The notes under the pieces were generated by a model. It was given only the letters and a program-made list of their open reading frames with translations, made no database searches and was not told the DNA's origin. A stretch of 64,000 bases of DNA from an uncultured Acidobacteriota bacterium (GTDB lineage: Bacteria; Acidobacteriota; Polarisedimenticolia; J045), in assembly GCA_963702425.1 (NCBI GenBank), contig CAVPCQ010000037.1, positions 192,001 to 256,000 on the forward strand, in the 5' to 3' direction. Shown piece after piece: positions 20,838-28,974 of this stretch (its first letter is position 1; each line of letters starts with the position of its first letter). The position numbers and the translations under genes are program-made.

Positions 20838-20910
20838 GCAGGACCCCCTCGATGCGTCGGAGTCTGGGCCTCGGATCCGGGCGCTGTCAATCCCGGAGGT
20901 CCGCGCCCCT

Positions 20911-21681
20911 TCAGAGGTGCCGCCGCACCCACGCCGCGATCACGTCGGCCACGAAGATCGCGTCGCGCTCGTCGCTGAACAGCAGGTGGTCGGCGCCGGG
21001 GAGCGTGACGAAGCTCTTCGGCTGCGCCGCCTGCTCGAAGATCGCGAGCGCTTCCTCCAGCTCCAGCGACTCGTCGGACGGCGAGTGGAAGACCATCAGC
21101 GCGCGGCCGAGCCGGGCGATCGCCTCGTGCATCCGGTGCTCGCCGAGGTCGTCGAGCAACTGGCGGCGCAGCAGGAAGCCGCGGCCGCCGAGCGTGATCG
21201 TCCCCTCGCCCCCCTCCGCCAGCGCCGGCACGCGGCGCTCGAGCGTCTCGCGGAAGCGCTCGGTCGAGGACGGCGCGGCGATCGTCACCACCAGCCGCGA
21301 CTCCGGCACGTCGCGCGCCGCCGCCAGCGACGCGGTCCCGCCGAGGCTGTGCCCGACCAGGATCTCGGGCGCGCGGTGGTGCGCGCGCAGCCAGCCGGCA
21401 GCGGCGACGAGGTCGTCGAGGTTGGTCGAGAAGGTCGTCTCCTCGAACGCGCCGCCGCTCTCGCCGATCCCGGTGAAGTCGAAGCGCAGCACCGCAATGC
21501 CGCGCTCGGCCAGCGCCCGGGCCAGCCGCACCAGCGACTTGAGGTCCTTGCCGCAGGTGAAGCAGTGGGCCAGCAGGGCCCAGGCGAGCGGCTTCGGGAA
21601 CCACGCCGGGTCGGGCCGCTCGAGCTGCCCGGCGAGCGGGTGGCCGAGGGCCCCCGGGATCTGCACGCGCTCGGTCGGCAT
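20911..21681 (-). CDS. Alpha/beta hydrolase (like the N-terminal domain of OsmC fusions)
   Basis: AHCFTCGKD, RFDFTGIGESGG, GHSLGG, GADHL. Confidence 0.9.
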   Translation of the reverse strand: MPTERVQIPGALGHPLAGQLERPDPAWFPKPLAWALLAHCFTCGKDLKSLVRLARALAERGIAVLRFDFTGIGESGGAFEETTFSTNLDDLVAAAGWLRAHHRAPEILVGHSLGGTASLAAARDVPESRLVVTIAAPSSTERFRETLERRVPALAEGGEGTITLGGRGFLLRRQLLDDLGEHRMHEAIARLGRALMVFHSPSDESLELEEALAIFEQAAQPKSFVTLPGADHLLFSDERDAIFVADVIAAWVRRHL

Positions 21682-21747
21682 GGCCCGGGGGATAGCCCAC
21701 GCGCGGGCCGGGGTCAAGCGGGGGAGGGGCGCGGTAGACTCTCGCCC

Positions 21748-22725
21748 ATGCCCGCCAACCTGTCTCCCGACTACAGGAACGCGGAAGCGCGCCTGCGCGC
21801 GGCGAAGACGCCCGACGAGCGGCGCGCCGCGCTGGAGGAGATGCTCGCCACCATCCCCAAGCACAAGGGGACGGAGAAGATGCAGGCCGACCTCAAGCGC
21901 CGGCTGGCGCGCCTGAGGCAGGAGGTCGAGTCCAAGACCGCGCGCGCCGGGCACTCCTTCCGGATCGAGCCCGAGGGGGCGGCCCAGCTGGTCCTGCTCG
22001 GCCCCCCCAACAGCGGCAAGTCGTCGCTGCTCGCCGCGCTCACGCGGGCCGAGCCGCAGGTCGGCGAGTGGCCCTTCACGACGACGCGTCCGCAGCCGGG
22101 GATGATGCCGTTCGAGGACGTCCAGCTGCAGCTGATCGACCTGCCGCCGGTCACCGACGAGCACATGGACCCCTGGCTGCCCGACCTCGTGCGCGGGGCC
22201 GATGCGGCGCTGCTGGTCGCCGCCGCGTCGTCGCTGGCCGCGCCGGAGGACGTCGAGGAGGTCCGCCAGCGGCTGGCCAAGGTGCGAACCCCGCTGGTCG
22301 GCGCGCTGCACCACGCGAGCGACATCCGGGAGTCGCCGATCCCGACGATGCTGGTGGTCACCAAGATCGACGCCGCGTCGGCCGACGACGTCCTCGCGCT
22401 GGAGGACTTCTACCGCGAAACCTACCCGGTGGCGCGCGTCGCGGCGACGGCGGGTCAGGGGCTGGAGGAGCTGAAGGCCGCGCTCTGGCACTGGCTGCAG
22501 CTGGTGCGCGTCTACACCAAGGTGCCCGGCAAGCCGTTCGACCGGACCGCACCCTACGTCGTCCACCGCGGGGCGACGCTGCTCGAGCTGGCCGAGAAGA
22601 TCCACCGCGACCTGGCCGAGAAGCTGGACTTCGCGCGGGTCTGGGGCGGGTCGCGGCAGGGGCTGCGCGTGGCGCGCGACTACGAGCTGCACGACGGCGA
22701 CGTGGTCGAGGTTCACGCCGGATGA
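21748..22725 (+). CDS. DRG/OBG-family GTPase with TGS domain
   Basis: PKHKGTEK, G1 GPPNSGKS, G2 WPFTT, G3 DLP, G4 TKID; TGS with IHRDL...ARVWG...DGDVVE. Confidence 0.9.
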   Translation: MPANLSPDYRNAEARLRAAKTPDERRAALEEMLATIPKHKGTEKMQADLKRRLARLRQEVESKTARAGHSFRIEPEGAAQLVLLGPPNSGKSSLLAALTRAEPQVGEWPFTTTRPQPGMMPFEDVQLQLIDLPPVTDEHMDPWLPDLVRGADAALLVAAASSLAAPEDVEEVRQRLAKVRTPLVGALHHASDIRESPIPTMLVVTKIDAASADDVLALEDFYRETYPVARVAATAGQGLEELKAALWHWLQLVRVYTKVPGKPFDRTAPYVVHRGATLLELAEKIHRDLAEKLDFARVWGGSRQGLRVARDYELHDGDVVEVHAG

Positions 22726-23330
22726 GCGGGCCGGGATTCTGGGACGAGCGGTACGCCGCGCACCCCGATGCCTACGGCCGCGACCCGAGCGCGTTCCTGG
22801 TGCGCGAGGCGCGGCGCATCCCGGCGGGCGGCCGGGTCGTCGCGCTGGCCGAGGGATACGGCCGCAACGCGCTCTGGCTGGCGCGGCGCGGGCACCCGGT
22901 GGTGGCGGTCGATGCGTCGGCGGTCGCGGTGCGACTGCTGCGCGCCGCGGCCGCGGCCGAAGGGCTGCCGGTCGAGGCGGTCCAGGCCGACCTCGCCACC
23001 TGGGCCCCCCCGCCGTGCGATGCGGTCGTCGCGATCTTTGCCCACCTCCCGCCGGCCCTGCGGGCGCGCGTTCACGGGGCGGCCTGGGAGGCGCTGCGGC
23101 CGGGGGGAGTGGTCCTGATCGAGGCCTTCACGCCGGCGCAGCTCGCGCGGGACAGCGGCGGGCCGAAGGACCCGGCCCTGCTCTATTCGGCGGGGCTCCT
23201 GGCCGGCGATTTTCCGGGGGCGGTGTTCGAGGTGTCGCGGGAGGAGACGGTGGAGCTGGACGAGGGGCTGTTCCACCGGGGAGAGGCCGAGGTCGTGCGG
23301 ATCGTCGCGCGCAAGCCGCCGCGGGAGTAG
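22722..23330 (+). CDS. Class I SAM-dependent methyltransferase (TehB-like)
   Basis: FWDERY, LAEGYGRNA, LRPGG, SGGPKD; ATGA overlap with the GTPase. Confidence 0.88.
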   Translation: MSGPGFWDERYAAHPDAYGRDPSAFLVREARRIPAGGRVVALAEGYGRNALWLARRGHPVVAVDASAVAVRLLRAAAAAEGLPVEAVQADLATWAPPPCDAVVAIFAHLPPALRARVHGAAWEALRPGGVVLIEAFTPAQLARDSGGPKDPALLYSAGLLAGDFPGAVFEVSREETVELDEGLFHRGEAEVVRIVARKPPRE

Positions 23331-23377
23331 CCGCGCCGGGCGGACGAGGGAGTCGTCCCGCGGGGCGGGGCGGAGGG

Positions 23378-23536
23378 TCAGTTCAGGCCGACGTGCCCAT
23401 CGTGGCGCTCGACCTCGCGCCAGACGTAGTCGCGGAGCGCTTCCTCGGTGACCTCGGCGGGCGTCCGGCCGCTCTGCGCGGCGAACTCGCTCACGGCGCG
23501 CATCAGGGCATCGTCCAGACTCAGTGTGGTTTTCAT
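23378..23536 (-). CDS. Ribbon-helix-helix (CopG/VapB-like) protein, 52 aa, absent from the ORF track
   Basis: Manual translation: MKTTLSLDDALMRAVSEFAAQSGRTPAEVTEEALRDYVWREVERHDGHVGLN*. Confidence 0.7.
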   Translation of the reverse strand: MKTTLSLDDALMRAVSEFAAQSGRTPAEVTEEALRDYVWREVERHDGHVGLN

Positions 23537-23565
23537 GGACCCAGCATACGCCCCCCCCCTGTAAC

Positions 23566-23607
23566 CCGGACAAAGATCTTGCTTGCAGGACGAATGTCCG
23601 GTATGCT
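23566..23607 (+). promoter_or_regulatory. lexA promoter with two candidate LexA operators
   Basis: -35 TTGCTT (23579), 17 bp, -10 TATGCT (23602); GGAC-gaat-GTCC (23588-23599) in the spacer and CCGGAC-aaag-ATCT at 23566-23579. Confidence 0.65.
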
Positions 23608-23629
23608 TCCGGCATCGAAAGGAGGGTGC

Positions 23630-24259
23630 ATGGCTTACACCCCGCCGGGCGAGACGCGGCGCCGGATCTACCGCTTCATGAAGGAACGGCTGCTGGCCGG
23701 GCAGCCGCCGACGATCCGCGAGGTCCAGGAGGCCTTCGGCTTCCGGTCGGTGGAATCGGCCCGGGCGCAGCTCGACACGCTGGTCGGCGAAGGGCTGCTG
23801 GCCAAGGCGGAGGGGAAGGCCCGCGGCTACCGGCTGCCGGGCCGCGAGCGGCCGCCGGCGCTGGTGCCGCTGCTGGGCCGGGTCCAGGCCGGCCGCCTCA
23901 CCGAGGCGATGCAGGAGCCGGAGGGCTACCTCTCCATCGACACGCGGACCAAGGCGGAGGACCTGTTCGCGCTGCGCGTGCGCGGCGAGAGCATGACCGG
24001 CGCCGGGATCATGCCGGGCGACGTCGTCGTCGTGCGGCGGCAGCCGGAGGCGGAGCCGGGCGACATCGTGGTCGCGCTGATCGGGGACGAGGCGACGGTG
24101 AAGACGCTGCGGCGCAAGGCGGGGCGCTGGGTCCTGCTGCCGGAGAACCCCGACTTTCCGCCGATCATCCCGCCGCCGCAGACGCTGGTGATCCTGGGGA
24201 AGGTGATCGAGGTGCGGCGCTACCTCGAAAAGCTGGCGCTGATCGAGGCGAACTCGTAG
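23630..24259 (+). CDS. lexA: LexA repressor
   Basis: wHTH PPTIREVQEAFG, Ala-Gly cleavage site VQAG, catalytic Ser (GESM) and Lys (ATVK); AAAGGAGG RBS. Confidence 0.95.
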   Translation: MAYTPPGETRRRIYRFMKERLLAGQPPTIREVQEAFGFRSVESARAQLDTLVGEGLLAKAEGKARGYRLPGRERPPALVPLLGRVQAGRLTEAMQEPEGYLSIDTRTKAEDLFALRVRGESMTGAGIMPGDVVVVRRQPEAEPGDIVVALIGDEATVKTLRRKAGRWVLLPENPDFPPIIPPPQTLVILGKVIEVRRYLEKLALIEANS

Positions 24260-24319
24260 GGCCGGACGGTCTGTAAGACAACCGGACGCACGACGCGGGA
24301 GGCCGCGCAGGAGGGCCGC

Positions 24320-25266
24320 ATGGGTGAGGTCTACGCATCGCGGGTGGCCGAGGAAATGGAAGCGGCAGCGGCAGCGATCGCCGCGCCGGACGGGCCGGCG
24401 GGTGCCGGGAGCGGGAGCCGCAGCGGGGGCGACCGCGGCGGCGAGCGACGCGCGGCGGCGGCGAGCGCGAGGCCAGCGAGCGGGCGACGCTCGGCGCGCA
24501 CGCGCGGGCCGTCGCGGCGCGGGTGCTCGCGGCGCACGCGCGCACCGCGGTGCGCGCCCCCGTGCCGGCGGTGCGCCGCGCGGCCCAGCCCGCGCTCCCC
24601 GGTGCGGGTACGGGGCCGCGGCCGCCGGCCGCCCCGTCCCGCGCGGCGGCCCCGCGCTGGACGCTCGCCGGCTTCAGCGGCCGGCTGTCGGAATTCTCGG
24701 GCGTCGGCGCGGGGGCGCAGCTGTCGCTGGCCTTCTCGCTGGTGCGCGAGGCCCAGCAGCGCGGCGAGCCGGTGGCCTGGGTGACGCTGGTGGGGGGCGC
24801 CTTCTACCCGCCCGACGTCGCGGCCGGCGGCGTGAAGCTCGACGCGCTGCCGGTGATCTTCGCGCCCGATCCGGTCGCCGCGGCCCGCGCCGCGGACCGG
24901 CTCGTGCGCTCCGGGGGGTTCTCGGTCGTCGTGCTCGACCTGGTGCCGGCCGGGGCGGCGCCGGAGAAGGGTGCCGGGGGCGCCGGGCACGCCGGCCGGA
25001 AGCCCGCGCCGCGCGAGGTCCCGCTGCCGATGCTCTCGCGCCTCGTCGGCCTGGCGCAGAAGCACGACGTCGCGCTGGTCTTCCTGACGGAAAAGGGGAA
25101 CGAAACGCCGTCGCTGGGCGGGCTGATCTCGCTGCGCTGCGGCACCGCGCGGCGCGACGCGGGGCCGGGGCTGTTCCTCTGCGTGGCCGAGGCGCTGAAG
25201 GACAAGCGGGGCGGCCCGGGGTGGAGCCACACGGAGGTGCGAGGTGGCCCGGTGGGCCTGCGTTGA
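24320..25266 (+). CDS. imuA: ImuA / RecA-like protein; N-terminus likely frameshifted
   Basis: RecA-like GRLSEFSG, EPVAWV, AADRLVRSGGFSVVVLD; lies between lexA and imuB; RBS and ATG at 24320 are in a different frame from the core (24523-25266). Confidence 0.75.
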
Positions 25267-26920
25267 CGTCCCGGAGCTGCCGCTGCAGCTCCTGCTGAGG
25301 GCCCACCCGGAGTGGGGCGACGCGCCGGCGTGCGTCGTCGCCGAGGACCGGCCGCAGGGGCGCGTGCTGTGGGTCAACGAGGCCGCGCGGCGCGGCAAGG
25401 TGCTGCCCGGCATGCGCTACGCCGCGGCGCTGGCGCTGTGCGCGGGGCTGCGCGCGGGGGTCGTCGGGCCGGCGGAGGTCGGCCGCGGCGTGGCCCAGCT
25501 CGCCGCGCGGCTGCGCGACTTCTCGCCGCTCGTCGAGCCCTGCGCCGACGAGCCGGGGATCTTCTGGCTGGAAGCGGGCGGGCTTTCGCGGCTCTTCCCC
25601 TCGGCCAGCGCCTGGGCGCGGCAGCTGCGCGAGGCGGCCGGCGCGATGGGCTTCTTCGGCCGCGTGGCGGTCGGCTTCACGCGCTACGGCGCGTACGCGG
25701 TGGCGCGCTCCGGGGCGGAGCTGACGGTCTTCCGCGACCCGGAGTCGGAGAGCCGCGCGGCGCGCGCCGTGCCGCTGGCGCGGCTGGCGATCGACCCCGC
25801 GCTGCGCGACGAGCTCGACCAGCTCGGCGTGCGCACGCTGGGGGAGTTCCTCGAGCTGCCGGCCAGCGAGCTGCTCGAGCGCTACGGGGTGGCGGTGCAC
25901 CGCCTGCACCAGCTCGCGGCCGGGACGGGGTGGGCGCCGCTGCAACCGGAGATCCCCGACGACCCGCGGATCGAGCGGCGCGATCTCGAGTGGCTCGACG
26001 ACGACCGGACGCGGCTGCTGTTCTTCGTCGGGCAGCTGCTCGAGCCGCTCCTGGCGCGGCTCGCGGAGCAGCGCGAGCAGGTCGCCGGGCTGACGCTGCG
26101 GCTCGCGCTGGACGGCGGCGGCGTGCGCGTGGAGTCGGTGCGCCCGGCGGTGCCGACGCGCGATCCGGCGCAGCTGATGGAGCTGCTCGCGCTGCGGCTC
26201 GAGGCCAGCGTGCGGGACGCGCCGCTGCCGGCGAAGGTCGAGGCGCTCGAGCTGGAGGCGGAGGCGACGCGGGCCGGCGAGCGGCAGGAGGAGCTGCTGG
26301 CCGAGGCGCCGCGCCGCGACGTCGAAGCCGCGCGCCGCGCGCTGGCGCGGGTGGCGGCGGAGCTGGGGCCGGCGGCGGTGGCGCGCGCGCGGCTGCGCGA
26401 CGGGCACCTGCCGGAGGCGACGTTCCTGTGGGAGCCGCTGGCGCCGGAGGCGTATGCGGCGGCGGGGGCGAACGGGGGCGCAGGCCAGCCCGGAGACCGG
26501 CCCTTACGGTTGGTGGGAAACCCCGTAGGGGCCGGCCTCCGTGCCGGCCCGTCCGACGCGTTTCATTCCGCCCGCTGCGACGGCCCGTCGTCTTCGGTCT
26601 CCGCCGCCCCCACCGCGGCCTGGCTGCGCGTCGTCGGCGGGCGCGATCCCGCCGGACCGGTGCTGGTGCGGCGCATCTACGACCACCCGATCGCGCTGCC
26701 GCCGCGCTCGCACCACCTGCGCGACGACGGCTGGCTGATCCACGGCCTGCCGCACGGCGCGGTGACGCGGCTGGTCGGGCCGTTCGTGATCAGCGGCGGC
26801 TGGTGGCGCCGGCCGGTCCACCGCGAGTACCACTTCGCCGAGACCGGCCGCGGCGACCTGCTGTGGGTCTACTTCGACCGCGAGCGGCGGCGCTGGTTCC
26901 TGCAGGGGCACGTGGAGTGA
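25244..26920 (+). CDS. imuB: Y-family DNA polymerase-like ImuB
   Basis: ACVDVP, LRDFSPLVE, LGVRTLGEF, HLPE, C-terminal GPFVISGGWW..REYHF..LWVYFD..WFLQG. Confidence 0.9.
   Translation: MARWACVDVPELPLQLLLRAHPEWGDAPACVVAEDRPQGRVLWVNEAARRGKVLPGMRYAAALALCAGLRAGVVGPAEVGRGVAQLAARLRDFSPLVEPCADEPGIFWLEAGGLSRLFPSASAWARQLREAAGAMGFFGRVAVGFTRYGAYAVARSGAELTVFRDPESESRAARAVPLARLAIDPALRDELDQLGVRTLGEFLELPASELLERYGVAVHRLHQLAAGTGWAPLQPEIPDDPRIERRDLEWLDDDRTRLLFFVGQLLEPLLARLAEQREQVAGLTLRLALDGGGVRVESVRPAVPTRDPAQLMELLALRLEASVRDAPLPAKVEALELEAEATRAGERQEELLAEAPRRDVEAARRALARVAAELGPAAVARARLRDGHLPEATFLWEPLAPEAYAAAGANGGAGQPGDRPLRLVGNPVGAGLRAGPSDAFHSARCDGPSSSVSAAPTAAWLRVVGGRDPAGPVLVRRIYDHPIALPPRSHHLRDDGWLIHGLPHGAVTRLVGPFVISGGWWRRPVHREYHFAETGRGDLLWVYFDRERRRWFLQGHVE
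26483..26551. repeat. Inverted REP doublet inside the imuB coding sequence
   Basis: Degenerate minus-strand copy 26483-26507 and consensus copy GTAGGGGCCGGCCTCCGTGCCGGCCCG at 26525-26551. Confidence 0.8.
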
Positions 26921-26967
26921 CGCGGAGTGAGCCGGGACGCCACGGACCGGGCGGGTGGCGCTGCCCC

Positions 26968-28842
26968 TCAGATCCCGTGCCGCAGCCAGTCGACGCCGTG
27001 CGCCAGCCAGCGCACCAGCCGCTCCTCCCCGCGCCGCGTCGAGGCGCCCGTCGAGGGGTCGCTCTTCGCCGCCGCGCGGTCCGGATCGAGCGTCTGCCCG
27101 GCGATGAAGCGCGTCATCGCGGCCTGCAGGGCCGGCGGGGGAACCCGGTGGCGGTGCCGCACCAGGAGCTGCGCGGCCCAGGAGATGCTGTCGCCGGTGA
27201 TCCGCGCGGCGCGATTGATCGTCGCCGAGCGGGCAGCGACGGTGCGCAGGACGTCGGCGCGGCGGCGGCCGGTCCGCCGGGCCGCCCGGGCCACGAGCGT
27301 CATGTAGAGCCGCTGGACCTCGCGCGCGCGGGCCCGGCGGTAGGCCGTCGGCACGCGGTCCTTGCGCGAGGCGTAGCGCGAGAGCGCGATCGCCAGGAAT
27401 TCCCGCGGGTCGATCGGCTGCCAGGCGGACTGGAGCCGCGCCGGAAGCTCGCGCAGCACGTCGCGCACGCAGTAGACCGCGTCCCACGTGATCCCGTCGG
27501 CGGTCCGGATCCGCCCGCGCGAGGAGCGCGCCCGCTCGAACGTCCGGAGCGCGCGGTCGAAGCGCCGCACCAGGCGCCGGTCGTGGCGGAAGAGCGCCTC
27601 GGCGGCCTTCCGGTCGAAGCCGACCTGGCGCAGCAGCAGCCGGTCCTTCGCGGCCTCGAACTCGGCGTCGAAGAGGGCCAGGGCCGGGTCGTTGGCGAGC
27701 GCGGCCAGCGGCGGCCGGGTGCCGGTCAGCAGGAACTCGCGGATCTGCACGGCGGCCTGGACCATCGCGCGGGCCTTGGCCTTCTGCCCGGTGATCGTGG
27801 TCGAGAAGCGCGGGCCGTCGTCGTAGCGGTACTCGCGGTGGAACAGGCCGAACTGCCGCACCGAGCCGTAGTCGATGATCCCGCCGTCGGCCAGGATGTT
27901 GTCGCCGTCCCACTCCATCCAGCAGAAGACGTACTCGCGCTCGAAGGTCGCGGCGACGCGACCGAAGGTCCGCGCGAACGACTCGGCGAAGAGCCGCGCG
28001 CGGTGCGCGCGGTCGGCCGCGCGCGGCAGCTCGCCGTGGGCCGCCTGCCGCTCGACGAAGAGGTCGACCAGCGCGGCGAGCGTCGCGCGGTCGCCCTGCT
28101 TGAGCGGCGCGAAGAAGTGCGAGGGGCGCAGCAGGTTCTTCCCGGCCCGGACCGTGATCCCGAAGCCGTCGCGCCGGCGGATCACCGCCAGCACGCGCTC
28201 GGTCGCGATCCCGTTGCGGTGGAAGATCTCGCTCATCAGCGCCGCGCCGAGCCCTTCGCCCGGCGACGCGGTCCCGCAGCCGTACGACGCGCGCCGGCTG
28301 CCGGTCTTGTAGAAGCGGCCGGACTGCGCGGTCGCCGGGCAGAGGCAGGTCGCGCCGGTGCCGCAGCTCGTCACGTCCCACGTGACGCCGCGCGCCGTGA
28401 AGCAGCCGTTCCAGATGCTGCGCCCGTCGCCGGAGGTCGTGCCCCGGCGGTCGGGGTGCTGCAGCTGCAGGTAGCGCGTGGCGAAGTAGGTCCGCGGGAG
28501 GCGGTCGCGCGCCGGAATCGGCGTGCCGTGCGCGAGGTCGTACTCGTTGACGATCTGCAGGCTGAAGGCGTCGAGCAGGGCGCGATGCAGGCCGCGGGTC
28601 AGGACCTCCGGGTGGTCGGCGGGGATCAGCCCCATCTCGCGGGCCAGGGCGAAGTTGAAGTAGAGGACACGGCTGCCGCGCACGCGGCGCGCGCCGTAGG
28701 GCACCGCCGCGCCGGGGGCCCGGTCGCGCACGGGGTGCGTCCCGTCGATCGCCGCGAAGGCCGCGTAGGGGTCGGAGGAGGCCCCCGCCTCCCGCCGCAC
28801 CGCCGCGGCCACGGGCCGTCCTGGCGGATGCAAACCCGTCAT
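26968..28842 (-). CDS. Divergent SelO/YdiU-family (protein adenylyltransferase-like) protein
   Basis: SGDGR, SEIFHRNGIATERVL, DGDNIL, IIDYG motifs in SelO order. Confidence 0.65.
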   Translation of the reverse strand: MTGLHPPGRPVAAAVRREAGASSDPYAAFAAIDGTHPVRDRAPGAAVPYGARRVRGSRVLYFNFALAREMGLIPADHPEVLTRGLHRALLDAFSLQIVNEYDLAHGTPIPARDRLPRTYFATRYLQLQHPDRRGTTSGDGRSIWNGCFTARGVTWDVTSCGTGATCLCPATAQSGRFYKTGSRRASYGCGTASPGEGLGAALMSEIFHRNGIATERVLAVIRRRDGFGITVRAGKNLLRPSHFFAPLKQGDRATLAALVDLFVERQAAHGELPRAADRAHRARLFAESFARTFGRVAATFEREYVFCWMEWDGDNILADGGIIDYGSVRQFGLFHREYRYDDGPRFSTTITGQKAKARAMVQAAVQIREFLLTGTRPPLAALANDPALALFDAEFEAAKDRLLLRQVGFDRKAAEALFRHDRRLVRRFDRALRTFERARSSRGRIRTADGITWDAVYCVRDVLRELPARLQSAWQPIDPREFLAIALSRYASRKDRVPTAYRRARAREVQRLYMTLVARAARRTGRRRADVLRTVAARSATINRAARITGDSISWAAQLLVRHRHRVPPPALQAAMTRFIAGQTLDPDRAAAKSDPSTGASTRRGEERLVRWLAHGVDWLRHGI

Positions 28843-28974
28843 CCCTCCGTCAAACCCGATATCCCATCGCTATTGAAGTTGGGTCAACGAAACGGGGACA
28901 GCAACCGTTAGTCGGTTAGTCGGCCGACCGGCTAACGGCTGCGGCCCCGATCGGTGAGATCATCGAGGCGGTCC

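Noticed and set aside
24262-24287. LexA boxes in the lexA-imuA spacer
   Set aside because: Only CCGGAC half-sites 20 bp apart, without the complementary half; too weak in GC-rich DNA.
25312-28911. Very long alternative-frame ORFs (e.g. 1199 aa here, 1340 aa at 30647, 1015 aa at 57153)
   Set aside because: These Arg/Gly/Ala-rich shadow frames overlap well-supported genes and are expected at this GC content.
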